Part shown: in pieces, positions 1 through 10,057 of the stretch | Layout of the letters: each line of letters begins with the position of its first letter | How positions within the stretch are numbered: position 1 is the stretch's first letter | UHGV virus genome: UHGV-0038496 | DNA length: 64,000 nucleotides | From: a virus | Strand: one strand, 5' to 3' | Position numbers and translations under genes: made by a program | The notes under the pieces: model-generated | Told to the model about the DNA's origin: nothing | Database searches by the model: none | What the model saw: the letters and a program-made list of their open reading frames with translations, nothing else

Positions 1-157
1 AACCTGCAACCCGCTCGTAGAAACGTTGCATTGCACGGCACTGAATTGAATGAAGGAGCACTTCTTCCGCTGTATTGTCGATGAGTTCGCCCACTTCACG
101 GGCATCCAGTTCAACCTCTACAGCACGTTCAATGTGCTCTGTGCCTTTAACTTTCAT
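1..157 (-). CDS. hypothetical protein, partial (C-terminus lies beyond the window start)
   Basis: Minus-strand ORF starting at ATG about 155-157 (MKVKGTEHIERAVEV...) and running off the window edge; ATGA-type overlap with the 154..375 ORF. Confidence 0.35.
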   Translation of the reverse strand, partial: MKVKGTEHIERAVEVELDAREVGELIDNTAEEVLLHSIQCRAMQRFYERVAG

Positions 158-375
158 TCCTCTATCTCCTCGAATACAGCGTGAGTGTAAGTACCCACCA
201 CTTCCCACGTACCGTCAAGCTGTGGAGTTGTGTACCATGACTCACCATCATCGTCTATGACCATCAAATTACTAGCTATTTGAGGAGACTTCTGGAGTAC
301 GTAAGTACCACCTTCTGTAAACCAAAATGCTTTAGGGTTGACGAATTTAGCTTTTACTAAGATATAGTCTTCCAT
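154..375 (-). CDS. hypothetical small acidic protein
   Basis: 73-aa ORF in track; C-terminal DG.W.V.G...FEE pattern shared with the neighbouring 387..638 ORF. Confidence 0.4.
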   Translation of the reverse strand: MEDYILVKAKFVNPKAFWFTEGGTYVLQKSPQIASNLMVIDDDGESWYTTPQLDGTWEVVGTYTHAVFEEIEE

Positions 376-386
376 GGTAGTGCCCC

Positions 387-638
387 TTAAAGTTCTTCAA
401 ATTCTGCAATTAGTTCCAGACCTTCGACAGTCCACACACCGTCTTCCTGTTCGATTGCTGACCATTCAAACGGTACTCTTTCGTCTTTAACCAGGTAGAT
501 TCCTTCTTCACCTTCTTCCTCTGACAGGACGAGTACGTACTCATGGCCTTCAACAAATAAACCTTCCAGGTGTGGATAACCGTCATCTTCACCTGCTGCG
601 TAAACACATACTACTGGGATTACTTCACGTTCTGTCAT
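387..638 (-). CDS. hypothetical small acidic protein (weak paralogue of 154..375)
   Basis: 83-aa ORF in track; RBS-like AGGAGAG upstream of the ATG at 638. Confidence 0.45.
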   Translation of the reverse strand: MTEREVIPVVCVYAAGEDDGYPHLEGLFVEGHEYVLVLSEEEGEEGIYLVKDERVPFEWSAIEQEDGVWTVEGLELIAEFEEL

Positions 639-657
639 GGCTCACTCTCCTGATCGG

Positions 658-678
658 GGAGGGGAAGTATTCCCCTCC
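658..678 (-). other. GC-rich stem-loop without a U-tract, just upstream of an RBS
   Basis: 7-bp stem GGAGGGG/CCCCTCC with 7-nt loop between polymerase exon 2 stop and the RBS of the 387..638 gene. Confidence 0.35.
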
Positions 679-695
679 AGTATGTTATTGATTTA

Positions 696-1049
696 TCAAT
701 GGCATTCGCCCCACGAGTATCCCACCAGACCTTCACCTGAGATTTGGAAAGGTGCCTTCATGATGCGAGCTGCTTGGTGGAAGCACTTAACAACCATTTC
801 ACCAACCTTGCAATGAATCAACTGGCATTTGCCGTTTTCGTTTATGATTGGATCATACACGGTTTTACCGTTGCTGTCAACTACTTCTTCACCATTTTCA
901 TCTTTACGGGCTTTTTTGTATTTGTTGCCAGTAAAGATACGACCTTTTGCTTCCTCCTCTGCTTTGAATTTTTCCAGTTCTTCCAGAGTATCAAACTCAT
1001 AAACGGTCTTAAACATGCCGTTATCTGGAATTTCATACTGATATTCATC
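696..1049 (-). CDS. DNA polymerase, family A, exon 2 (C-terminal 117 aa)
   Basis: Reading frame opens after an in-frame stop at about 1125 and ends ...VGYSWGECH, like family A polymerase C-termini (T7 ...NWAICH, E. coli Pol I ...WDQAH, from memory); joining it to exon 1 gives LLVH|DEYQYEI, restoring motif C (HDE). The ORF track calls it as a separate GTG-initiated 118-aa ORF. Confidence 0.65.
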   Translation of the reverse strand, partial: DEYQYEIPDNGMFKTVYEFDTLEELEKFKAEEEAKGRIFTGNKYKKARKDENGEEVVDSNGKTVYDPIINENGKCQLIHCKVGEMVVKCFHQAARIMKAPFQISGEGLVGYSWGECH

Positions 1050-1971
1050 CACATGTTCAAGGAGTTCGTTACGCTCCCCCGCACCTTTACGTGCAAAGCC
1101 ACAAGATTTCTCCTGTGGGTCGGACTATCTCACGTTCCTAGATCAGCCACAGGAACCCTCCCATTTCGACCGCACTTGCTGGCCTACTCTACTCGCTTCT
1201 TCACATCAACCTGTGTTGACGCTATGCTTTCGATAGTCTCTGAACGCGACTACCAGGTGTAGTTTTTAGAGATGTGTTTCCACTGCCTTCTTTGCTTTAT
1301 GGCTCTGACTGTTCCATAAGGATACCCAAGATCCCTAATCTCGCACTGTCTCATACCACTTTGCAACAGTTCACAAATCTCTATCACCTCAGCTTCTGTT
1401 AGCACAGCGTTAGCGTTATACTCGCCTACTGGCCTAACTCTGAGGTCATTATCATAAGCGTGTTTGATATTTTTGCCTTGAGTTGTCCACTCCAGATTCC
1501 AGTATGCATTGTTGTACTTATTCCCATCTTTATGGTTCACATAGGTGAATTTTTCAGGATCAGGATTCGGTACAAAGCATTCAGCAACCAAGCGGTGAAC
1601 ACCTTTTGTACACTGCTTCCCATCAATGAACATGATTACGCAAAGGTAACCTCTACCGTTATCAAAACTGAACATTGTTGTGTGATCACGTTTAGATAAA
1701 GGTATTGTTCCGTCATCAAACACAGTGTATCCATGATAATCAAATGATCTAGCCATTTTAACTACACCTCTTTAGTCTTCGCTGCGGGTTGGCATATTGA
1801 GTTTTACCACATTTTGGCATAAAAGTCAACTTAGCGTTCCCGTCAATTAAAGAGGTTATTCGACATAGATTACTCTATGAAGCCACAATGATGTTTATGG
1901 TAATAGATGATTCTTCTGACACCTAGGTCATACCAAGTTTTATTATCTATTTTCAAGGTCATCAGGTTGCG
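1050..1971 (-). mobile_element. group I intron (about 0.92 kb) in the DNA polymerase gene, carrying an HNH ORF
   Basis: Conserved core elements read on the minus strand in canonical order: P-like AATTGACGGGAACGC (rc of 1834-1848), Q-like AACCCGCAGC (rc of 1781-1790), R-like GTTCAGAGACTATCG (rc of 1231-1245), S-like GAGATAGTCCGAC (rc of 1119-1131). Upstream exon ends in U (CAT), intron ends in G (GTG). Boundaries are predicted, not folded. Confidence 0.7.
1250..1756 (-). CDS. intron-encoded HNH homing endonuclease
   Basis: 168 aa with HNH_3-type motif VHRLVAECF...VNHKDGNKYNN..NLEW.T...N.KHA and a C-terminal HTH-like tail; RBS GAGGTG upstream; lies between the Q and R elements of the intron. 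Confidence 0.8.
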   Translation of the reverse strand: MARSFDYHGYTVFDDGTIPLSKRDHTTMFSFDNGRGYLCVIMFIDGKQCTKGVHRLVAECFVPNPDPEKFTYVNHKDGNKYNNAYWNLEWTTQGKNIKHAYDNDLRVRPVGEYNANAVLTEAEVIEICELLQSGMRQCEIRDLGYPYGTVRAIKQRRQWKHISKNYTW

Positions 1972-4329
1972 ATGAACCAATAAGCCTACCAGATCACACA
2001 ATGAAGCACCACCATTCTGCTGATATGCATTCAGCAAGGAGTGTTTAGAGCGTGTCCAGATGGCATGACCATCGAAAGCATAGATAAATTTCTTACCTGT
2101 CGCCTCCCAGAATTTCTCAAGTGCCTCTTTACGACCTTTCAGGCCGAAGTTGGTATCCCAGAATGCGTCAATTACTTGCTGACCAACCTCTGGCACAACG
2201 TCAAGCATATCCGCTACTTTATCCTTTTGAGCACCATACATCACGCCATAAGTGATTGGCTTACCATCACCACGGGAAACCTCTCTGCCCACAACTTTAG
2301 AGTAGGCTTTGGCGTTCAAAGCATGTGCGTCCCCTTCGCTTATGATCCTGTAATACGCCCCGTTGTCGAAATCGTAAGCACCCCATGCACCTATCAGCTG
2401 TTCAAGGTTGGAACCATCAACACCCAACTGATACTTACCTGGAGCAGGTTTCCAGAGACTACGCATCTCTTTACCCAGCACAACCTTTGGTGAAGGTTTA
2501 GGCTGGTTGGCACATATTTTATGTTTCTGTCGTCCGGTAGCAGTCAAACCGGAGCTTTCTGCTGGTAAGCGGTGATCGATCTGCAATCTCGGATGATTCA
2601 ACAATCCAGTATCAACCTTATCCTCTTTGATTGGGTCGAGTACTGACCTACGGTTACGCAATGACAGCCAGAACACAATGTCTTTTGCCATCTCTCCTTG
2701 CAATCTTGCCAGATTAGGACACAAATGCCCGAAGCTATCTTTCAGCTGTGGGGATGTTGGTAGCCCTCTGGCTTTACGCCGGAACTTGGCGAACACCTCC
2801 TGTTCAACCCTGGGGGAGTTCTTACGACTCATGAACTTCGCTTCTGAAATTTTGAATCGCGCATCCCTGTTCAGTTCACGAATGATCAGGGTACGATACT
2901 CGGATGTTTCCAGTTCATCCATGTACTCCCTTACTTTAGCATCAATTTCAGCATCCGGCAACTGTTTTTTGTGGTAGTCACGGGTTAAATCTTTCGTTCT
3001 CCACATTGTTGGTTGCCAGCCTACAGAGATCAGATAACGCTTGATATCCATCTGGTTATTCATTCTCATGGGCACCATGCAATCAGGCATTTTCTTATCC
3101 TGCAAATCCTTAATTGCCTGCTGCATCAAATCATCCGGCAGAGGTTTAGGTGCTTCCTCTGACCGTGCTGCCCTCAGAAAGTCTGCCTGTTTTTCAGGAT
3201 CAGTGCAACCTCTTTCCTCACACCATTTAACACCTGTAGCACTAACACTCCCATCTTTGTTGAAAGCCCGTTTAGGTGCAGGTTTGAAGTCAAAAGCTGC
3301 TTCATTAACCGGATACCCAAGTTTGTTCTTCAACCAGCTGTAGCCGTGTGAAGAGATACTACCATCTGTATTGAACGGTTTCTGTGGGAACTTAGGCTTC
3401 TGGGCCTCTGAAATTTCTTTCAGTGGCAGCTGTGGTTCCACACGATCAGCGATCTCTTTCATCATGTCATCGCATTTCTGACGTAAAGCTATCGCCCCAT
3501 CAATATCAAAGTAAACACCTTGTCTTGCTTGTAAGCCCATCAAGAAGTGCTGGAGCATACCACGACGCAGAGCATACTTCCAAGTGATTTGTTTGAATCC
3601 GCTGGGTTTCTCTTTGTCTGGATCATACATAAAGTTTTGCATGTCAGATTTGCCGTAGAATGTCCCTTTGGACTCGGCGATCAGTTCGTCCCAGAGCAAT
3701 TCCTGAATGATAACGTCTTCCCATACACGGTCTACGTATTTCCAGAGTGGAAGATTGCGCCAGTCATCAATCTTAACTTTCTGGTTGCCAAGTGCATAGC
3801 CCCAAGCCATCAACCCATGTGGACCTACAGCTTGACTTTTCTTAGTTACCGGATTGAATACCGCCTCTGGACAACCTTTCGGTAACGGGCGATCAGGCCA
3901 CAATATACGACTCATCGGCAAAGTATCAAACAGGTTAACCCTGTGACCGTTGATGGTCCCCATGCAATCTTTATCTTCGAACAGGTCGAAATGAATGCCT
4001 GATAATTTTTCAAATAGGATAAAATCGTAGTCAAAACAGTTGTGACCCACTAAAGCGGTTGGCGACCAATCAGAATGTCCTGTCAGCCACTCTTCCATAT
4101 ACCCAAAGTCAGCAACCCGCACCTGACAGTTTTTGTAAACTGTTTGTTTATTGAGAGCGAATTGTTTCGCTGTTTCTACATCTTCCTCGGAGTAATGAGT
4201 CCTGTCGTTTAGCGGCAGGAATAGTATGAAGTTGTTTTTATGATGTTGTTTGTACAATGTGCAATGATAGTAGAGGTCTTTTTCATCAAGCAACCCACTA
4301 CTTTCTGCGTCAAAAGCCCACAATGCCAT
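1972..4329 (-). CDS. DNA polymerase, family A (T7-like), exon 1 with 3'-5' exonuclease domain
   Basis: N-terminal exo motifs FDAESSGL and HNCFDYD; polymerase motif A VDGSNLEQLIGAW (T7 VDASGLELR); motif B R..GK.ITYGVMYG; the track ORF runs 34 codons into the intron to a stop at 1870 with no HDE motif; RBS AAGGAG before the ATG at 4329. Confidence 0.85.
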
Positions 4330-4345
4330 ATGTTCTCCTTATAAG

Positions 4346-4371
4346 GGGGAGTTGGCTGTACTGCTCTCCCC
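4346..4371 (-). other. GC-rich stem-loop without a U-tract, between primase-helicase and polymerase
   Basis: Stem GGGGAG/CTCCCC with 14-nt loop, immediately upstream of the polymerase RBS. Confidence 0.3.
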
Positions 4372-4386
4372 ACTCTCAGTTAAGCA

Positions 4387-6459
4387 TCAGAACGGACAAT
4401 CTTCATCCTCAGGGAACTCCTGTTGGATTACGCTTTGATCGTCCCCTCCATCATCCTCTTCTTCTCCTTCCGCGTCAACAGCTTTTGGTTGAGGTTTCAC
4501 ATCGGCGGTAACTTTACCTTCTGGAGTTTCCACAACAACATGCTCTTCATTGTCAAACATATCTTGCGGCCTCCAGACAATATCTCCATCTTTGTTCAGG
4601 AAGAAACCTGTCTCCTTATCCCACACCCAGTCGCTGGCATCGGAGAATTTACCAGTCTCAGGGTTCATAATCAGCACATCAGCTATGCCTAAGGTTTTAG
4701 CTGGCCTGTTTTTCAGGCTAACTAAACGAACACGCCCACGGGACCTGTCAGGCATCTCTTCTGCTTCTACCCCTATGACAACCCAACTGAGTTGCTCCAT
4801 CGATCCACTACCACGAAGGTTTTCTTTACGGACAGGATACCAGAACGGTAAAGCCCTGCCTTCTTTATCCTTCGGTGGGATAATCTCTGTGCGACGCAAG
4901 TGGGCAATCGCCAGGATGAACACATTAAATTGCTTACAGAACGCTGCAAGCTGTGTCATTGCAAGGTCTAACTCTTTGCGTTCATCTTTTACATTCAAAC
5001 CAGAGATAACCATCGACAGGTGATCCAGCACGATGTAACGACAATGATACAAGCACACCATCTGTTTCAGTTTTGTGATCAGGTCGTTTACAGGTATTGA
5101 ACCGAAGTGCCGGAATACCCTGATTTTGTCAGCATCAACCCAGGCTTTGTGGATATCAAAGTGCTCCTGCTCGGTTAGATACTTGCTTGGATCTTCCATG
5201 AAATTCTTGATATCGTATCCCAGCTGGTTAGCATACAGTGAGTTGATGGCTTCTTCTGGGTCTTCTTCCAGGTGAATCATACACAACCTGTCTTCTGGGT
5301 CGTAGTCATCAGCTTTAGCCACCGTAGGATCCATCAGGTATTTAGCTATCTGGTGCTCAATTTTCTTGGCTACCGTAGTCTTACCACCACCAGAAGGACC
5401 AGTCAGCATAACCAGTGTGCCTTTATGCAAACCTTTCAGCATTTTCTGTAGTTTAGGGAACTCTGCCCCAATATCAACCCCGTTGGTGGATTTTTTACGT
5501 AAATCTTCGATTGAGAAATCACTCAGGCCTGCTACAGCATCTGGCACGTATTTGATCGGGTTTTTGAACATATCGTGAATTTGATCATACTTTTTAGCCT
5601 GGAACAAATCACGGATATCTTTGTAACCCTCTGGATCATTTACTTCACTCGGATACTGCACATGGAAAACGTTGTCAGCCATCAGGAAAGCTGCAACATT
5701 GTGAGTGGCTTCAACACCTTTGGTGACATGTTTTAGCTTCTCAACATCGTTTGCAGCGTCGTTGTCGAAGGCCAGGACAATCTCATCAAAGCTACGAATG
5801 AACTTCTCGTTGTTGGCAAAAGCATCTACGGCATTCGCGCAACCACAGTTAAGCCCTACCACGTTGATTGTGGGAAAACCTTTAGCAGAACCACCATCCT
5901 GCACCGCTTTAATACCGTCAAGAACGCTTTGTGCCCACGCTTTAGCTTTTTTATTTGATGATGGATCTGTAGCTATTTTCCTCACCATCATCCATTCAGT
6001 CTGCCACGCAGCAATAACGTCGCCTTCACCTTCGCAGACAATGATTTTACGATGGTCCGAGCCTTCCCCAACCATTTTCTGACCAAAGAACTGGCTGTTG
6101 GCCTTAACAACAGAAACTACGGTAAAATGCCCCTTCTGCTCTTTTGGGATAGTCCAGTCACGTTTCTTGTAACCAGTCAGGTTGCCATACTTATCGTAAT
6201 ACGGAAAGTATGTAGCAACAATATCCACCCCGTTCTCTTCTGAAACTGCGGAACGGATCCCGAAGTATTTAGCAGCTTCTAAACCTATGTTTTGCTGCGG
6301 AACTTTCAGTATCTTTGTAGAAGCCAGAACACTTTCGACTGTTTCTTGCTCTTTCTCGTCTCTGTAATCTCTTCTCACACTCCCTCCGCTTCTCCATTTT
6401 GTTGCTTGTGGGTTAGGTTGACCAAACTTGGCATAAGCTGAACTAAAGAAATTACCCAT
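4387..6459 (-). CDS. DNA primase-helicase (T7 gp4-like; TOPRIM plus DnaB-like helicase)
   Basis: TOPRIM-like IIVCEGEGDVIAAW, Walker A MLTGPSGGGKTT, helicase motifs (VLDHLSMV, AIAHLRR); 690 aa. Confidence 0.85.
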   Translation of the reverse strand: MGNFFSSAYAKFGQPNPQATKWRSGGSVRRDYRDEKEQETVESVLASTKILKVPQQNIGLEAAKYFGIRSAVSEENGVDIVATYFPYYDKYGNLTGYKKRDWTIPKEQKGHFTVVSVVKANSQFFGQKMVGEGSDHRKIIVCEGEGDVIAAWQTEWMMVRKIATDPSSNKKAKAWAQSVLDGIKAVQDGGSAKGFPTINVVGLNCGCANAVDAFANNEKFIRSFDEIVLAFDNDAANDVEKLKHVTKGVEATHNVAAFLMADNVFHVQYPSEVNDPEGYKDIRDLFQAKKYDQIHDMFKNPIKYVPDAVAGLSDFSIEDLRKKSTNGVDIGAEFPKLQKMLKGLHKGTLVMLTGPSGGGKTTVAKKIEHQIAKYLMDPTVAKADDYDPEDRLCMIHLEEDPEEAINSLYANQLGYDIKNFMEDPSKYLTEQEHFDIHKAWVDADKIRVFRHFGSIPVNDLITKLKQMVCLYHCRYIVLDHLSMVISGLNVKDERKELDLAMTQLAAFCKQFNVFILAIAHLRRTEIIPPKDKEGRALPFWYPVRKENLRGSGSMEQLSWVVIGVEAEEMPDRSRGRVRLVSLKNRPAKTLGIADVLIMNPETGKFSDASDWVWDKETGFFLNKDGDIVWRPQDMFDNEEHVVVETPEGKVTADVKPQPKAVDAEGEEEDDGGDDQSVIQQEFPEDEDCPF

Positions 6460-7186
6460 TGAGTTTGCTCCTTACAACGGGTTCGTTGGCTTCAAATACT
6501 GCTAATGCCCAACCACGAGGTGTCAGGCTCCTGATCATTTTGGTACGAGGAGATTTTCCTCCCAGCTTGGTATGTTGGAAAGAATACCCATTTACATCAC
6601 AAATCTGCGGCACAGGTCGTTTCTCAGGGACAACAAAACCATTTCCGAACCATCCACAGGTTAGCTTCGGATAAGCATCCCTGGGCTTAATCAGGTCAGG
6701 GAACCACGGGTTCTGATCGTCTTCCGGCAGATAGCCACCATACTCATACGGATGGAACTTGTAGTCCGGTTTACGCCACATATTGGACATAACACCAACA
6801 GGGTTCTCCACATGCCACGGACAATTATACATGTTACCCAGCGTTTCTGCAATACGTGCATCTTTTACAGCATTGACCTGAATCAACGGATCTTTTTGTA
6901 GTTTTTTCTTGAAATGCGCTGCCCCAGATACCGCTAAGTGGGTACATGGTGGAAACGACAGGATGAAATCTGGTGCAGGATACATCCCCAGGGTTTCTTG
7001 TGGAAACCACGGGTCAATCCAGTAGTCGATGTACTGAATGTTAGGGTGTTCCTCTACTACCTCTGCATAGCTCCCGTGATCTGCCCCTTCTGCGTTGAAG
7101 CAGAAGCACAGATACCCTGCATCAGCCCAGGGTTTGACAGCAATATCAGAGCCATTGAATAATGCCCACACTACGCCTTGCTTCAT
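6452..7186 (-). CDS. hypothetical protein (about 244 aa)
   Basis: Track ORF 6452..7258 trimmed to the ATG at 7184-7186 (MKQGVVWALFNG...) because it has an RBS GGAGGG 9 nt upstream and the longer reading frame runs through a terminator hairpin. Confidence 0.5.
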   Translation of the reverse strand: MKQGVVWALFNGSDIAVKPWADAGYLCFCFNAEGADHGSYAEVVEEHPNIQYIDYWIDPWFPQETLGMYPAPDFILSFPPCTHLAVSGAAHFKKKLQKDPLIQVNAVKDARIAETLGNMYNCPWHVENPVGVMSNMWRKPDYKFHPYEYGGYLPEDDQNPWFPDLIKPRDAYPKLTCGWFGNGFVVPEKRPVPQICDVNGYSFQHTKLGGKSPRTKMIRSLTPRGWALAVFEANEPVVRSKLNG

Positions 7187-7212
7187 ACTATTTAGCCCTC
7201 CAAACACAAAAA

Positions 7213-7232
7213 CCCCGCCCTTTCGGGCAGGG
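7213..7232 (-). terminator. rho-independent terminator
   Basis: GC hairpin CCCCGCCC-TTTC-GGGCAGGG followed on the minus strand by TTTTTGTGTTTG; downstream of the 7239..7712 gene. Confidence 0.6.
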
Positions 7233-7238
7233 CTGTTA

Positions 7239-7712
7239 TTACTCGACGCGAATCCCAATTGTATACTCTGTTGAGACTAATGTCAAGTCTATGTTTAAAA
7301 TTTTATTCAGTTGTTCGAAATGTTCCTCTGTCAGATAAATCTTTTCAGAGGCTGTGCCAGTTAAATGATACTTCAGGAACCCAGGGTAATCGCTTATAGC
7401 GTAGCGTAGGCACCGCATTTCAGTTGGGTTGATGTAACCGTCATGCATCACCATCTGAGCTACGCCCAGTCCAGCATAGAAGCTCTGAGACTCTTTCAAG
7501 TAGTGCTCCCATACTGTTGTTTCTTTTTTAATCAATCCGAAGAACTTCTCTTCGACATAACGTTTGTTTTTAAGATATTTCAGAATCCTGTTACCAATCA
7601 CTGCAAGATCACGGAATTTAAGAGCAGCTTTTTGTAGCGTTTCCCGTGGTACTTCAATCAGGTCTTGTGCAGCAGGACCAATCTTCCAGAGATAGTCGCT
7701 TTCGTAAATCAT
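7239..7712 (-). CDS. hypothetical protein
   Basis: 157-aa ORF; overlaps neighbours in operon-like fashion. Confidence 0.5.
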   Translation of the reverse strand: MIYESDYLWKIGPAAQDLIEVPRETLQKAALKFRDLAVIGNRILKYLKNKRYVEEKFFGLIKKETTVWEHYLKESQSFYAGLGVAQMVMHDGYINPTEMRCLRYAISDYPGFLKYHLTGTASEKIYLTEEHFEQLNKILNIDLTLVSTEYTIGIRVE

Positions 7713-7990
7713 TTTTTAGCTACCCTCCTGCTTTGGTTTTTGATCCAGTCTGCTTCCAGTGTTTCCAGAACAAAATCGATATCAATATCTTCAAGTACTG
7801 GTGTCGGCGTAGGAACAATCTTAGCTTCATCTACGTTTTTAACCAGCGTGTAAATGATATTGCCCTGTGGTGTTATACACTGTCCTGTGATAACATAGCC
7901 TTCGTCAACGTATTTGCTTAAATCCTTTTCCATAGAATTAAGGCAGCTATCAATACACGGAACCCCGATAATCTTTACATCAGCAGCCAT
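7709..7990 (-). CDS. hypothetical protein
   Basis: 93-aa ORF; start/stop overlap with flanking genes. Confidence 0.45.
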   Translation of the reverse strand: MAADVKIIGVPCIDSCLNSMEKDLSKYVDEGYVITGQCITPQGNIIYTLVKNVDEAKIVPTPTPVLEDIDIDFVLETLEADWIKNQSRRVAKK

Positions 7991-8286
7991 CAGAAGCCTC
8001 CTGTTTCATCAGCAAACGAAGATAGCACATCCGCAGAGTGTAAGTGTTCTTTCAGAGCTTTGTGGGCTGCAAAGTTGATTTTATTACGTAAACCTTTAGG
8101 CAAAAGGAAGAACGGTAATTTGTTACCATCTTTGTAAACTTCAATCTCTACGATTTCGCGGAAGCCGTAGTAATCAATGTCTGATGCACGTTCATTGTAA
8201 TCTGGCAATTGGACTCGGCACAGGCATTCACATACATACTCTTCATGTGTGAAATCCAGATAGAAACTGTGTAATTTGTTAGCCAT
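7990..8286 (-). CDS. hypothetical protein (about 98 aa)
   Basis: Track ORF starts with GTG at 8313; likely start is ATG at 8284-8286 (MANKLHSF...) preceded by AAGGAGA. Confidence 0.45.
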   Translation of the reverse strand: MANKLHSFYLDFTHEEYVCECLCRVQLPDYNERASDIDYYGFREIVEIEVYKDGNKLPFFLLPKGLRNKINFAAHKALKEHLHSADVLSSFADETGGF

Positions 8287-8304
8287 GACTGTCTCCTTAG
8301 TAGT

Positions 8305-8322
8305 GGGGAGCACCTGCTCCCC
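8305..8322 (-). other. GC-rich stem-loop without a U-tract, upstream of an RBS
   Basis: GGGGAGC-ACCT-GCTCCCC hairpin between the 8353..8706 gene and the RBS of the 7990..8286 gene. Confidence 0.35.
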
Positions 8323-8352
8323 TTCATGCTTCTGATATTACCAAAGTTGGGA

Positions 8353-8706
8353 TTATATGTCAAGTTCTTCTACAACACGAAGAATCAATTCAAACGCAGT
8401 GCCGTCTGCGTCAACGCAATCCAAACCTTCGATAATGAAAGTTACAATGTCTTCCACACCCGTGTCTTCCCCGAAGTTAACAGTCAGGAATTGACCTACT
8501 TCGAAAACAGTATCAGAGAACACAAAAGCATGGTAAACATCATAATCTTCATTGTCTGCCACCAGCAGCAAATCGTGATTCTTATGACGTTGTGTGAAGT
8601 CGTGCACTGTTACATCTTGTGGTTCAGATGTATCAACATCAGCGACGTAATTAACAATATTAGCCAGCAGACTCATTATCGGCCTCCTTTTTAACCTTAG
8701 CTTCAA
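8353..8706 (-). CDS. hypothetical protein
   Basis: 117-aa acidic ORF; overlaps the helicase gene end. Confidence 0.45.
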   Translation of the reverse strand: MKLRLKRRPIMSLLANIVNYVADVDTSEPQDVTVHDFTQRHKNHDLLLVADNEDYDVYHAFVFSDTVFEVGQFLTVNFGEDTGVEDIVTFIIEGLDCVDADGTAFELILRVVEELDI

Positions 8707-10048
8707 GATCTTTTCTTACTTTTTCATCCAACCCAGGGAATGTATCGGCGTAAAACTGTATCACCCTTGGGTCTACGATAATATCACTTTCTCTAACAGG
8801 ACGCAAGAGGGTAATGCTCTGAATTTTCTTAGCACGGCTAAGAGCAACATAAGTCATTCCTGCCGCGAATGCACCTCTCTTACCTAAATCAAGGTTGTAA
8901 GCCTCCAGAGTAAGCCCCTGGCATTTATGGATTGTATAGGCATACCCAGATTTCAAAGGTAACTGTTCGAATGACCCTGTGGTTATTCTTTCAATCACTC
9001 TTTTCTTTTTACGGGTAGCCCAGTCAAATTTGATAGACGGTTTGTATTCGTAACTCTCCCATAACTTAGTAGGTACAGTAACAAGTGTACCATCATCCAG
9101 CTCAATGTCAACCTTATCTGTGTGAAATTCTAAAATTGTGCCACGGGATCCATTCACATAATGTGGAACTTTGTGTTTAGGATCAAGGTCGTTAGCAACA
9201 ATCATAACTTTCATGCCTACTTTCAGATACATAGTATCTTCCACTGGCAAGTGATTAGCAGGAAATCTGCCTTTCAAGACCCCCTTGTACATCTTTTCTT
9301 TGCCATTTACACGATCATAGAACTCCCTGTTTATCTCTTCCACCCTTTTGTTGGTTGAGCACAAAATAATGGCATCAGAAGGTTGACCACCATGATAGCA
9401 ACGGGAGTTTAGTTCCTTCACCACATCTTTGGTTCTGCGACCTTCTCGGACACAGTTTAACATTGTGGCAAACCTAATTGACTCCTGCCTGAATTGCTCC
9501 ACAAGGGCAACACATTTCAGGTTGAGGTCTTTCCAGGATTGTGTGTAGAAGCAAAGGTCAGTGTCCCAATATTTGTAGTAATCCTCTCTTTCTTGCATAG
9601 AGATAACAGGCTCTGCCTGGTAGAAATCCCCAAACATGATCACCTGTAAACCTCCGAAAGGTTCATTAGATTTACGAAGGTGTTGGAGTTTCTTATCCAT
9701 CTCCACAAACTTATCCGCACGAACCATAGACACTTCATCAATGACTAAGGTTCGTAGTGCTTTACTTTTGAGAGGTTTGGCTGTTTTAGAACGAATCTCT
9801 GTGAAATCTTCTGGGACAGTCACACCTGCTGACAGGTCAAAAGCCCTGTGTGCGGTAACACCGCCAGCGTTAAGTGCAGCTACCCCTGTTGGGGCAACAA
9901 CCATACAAGATTCGCCGAGTAAAGATTGTATGTCTTGCAAAAGATGAGTCTTACCAGTGCCACCTGGCCCACTGATATAGACATTTTCACCACATAACAC
10001 AGCGGCGAGAGCGGCATCCGTGCCAATCTCATAGGTTTGTTCTTCCAC
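8660..10048 (-). CDS. ATP-dependent DNA helicase, Dda/RecD/PIF1-like (SF1B)
   Basis: Walker A GPGGTGKTHLL, APTGVAA, and C-terminal AYTIHKCQGLT...ALSRA motifs typical of RecD/Dda helicases. Confidence 0.8.
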   Translation of the reverse strand: MEEQTYEIGTDAALAAVLCGENVYISGPGGTGKTHLLQDIQSLLGESCMVVAPTGVAALNAGGVTAHRAFDLSAGVTVPEDFTEIRSKTAKPLKSKALRTLVIDEVSMVRADKFVEMDKKLQHLRKSNEPFGGLQVIMFGDFYQAEPVISMQEREDYYKYWDTDLCFYTQSWKDLNLKCVALVEQFRQESIRFATMLNCVREGRRTKDVVKELNSRCYHGGQPSDAIILCSTNKRVEEINREFYDRVNGKEKMYKGVLKGRFPANHLPVEDTMYLKVGMKVMIVANDLDPKHKVPHYVNGSRGTILEFHTDKVDIELDDGTLVTVPTKLWESYEYKPSIKFDWATRKKKRVIERITTGSFEQLPLKSGYAYTIHKCQGLTLEAYNLDLGKRGAFAAGMTYVALSRAKKIQSITLLRPVRESDIIVDPRVIQFYADTFPGLDEKVRKDLEAKVKKEADNESAG

Positions 10049-10057
10049 TCTTCCTCC

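Noticed and set aside
744-1262. Plus-strand 172-aa ORF, and similar antisense ORFs (for example 2041..2493, 4550..5023, 30738..31370, 38716..39426, 40489..41049)
   Set aside because: They lie antisense to, or out of frame within, long well-supported minus-strand genes, lack RBS signals, and have low-complexity or hydrophobic biased translations typical of shadow ORFs. The 744..1262 ORF also spans the 3' part of the polymerase intron.
6452-7258. Full-length 268-aa version of this ORF
   Set aside because: The upstream extension runs through the terminator hairpin at 7213-7232, and an internal ATG at 7186 has a proper RBS; the shorter gene was annotated instead.
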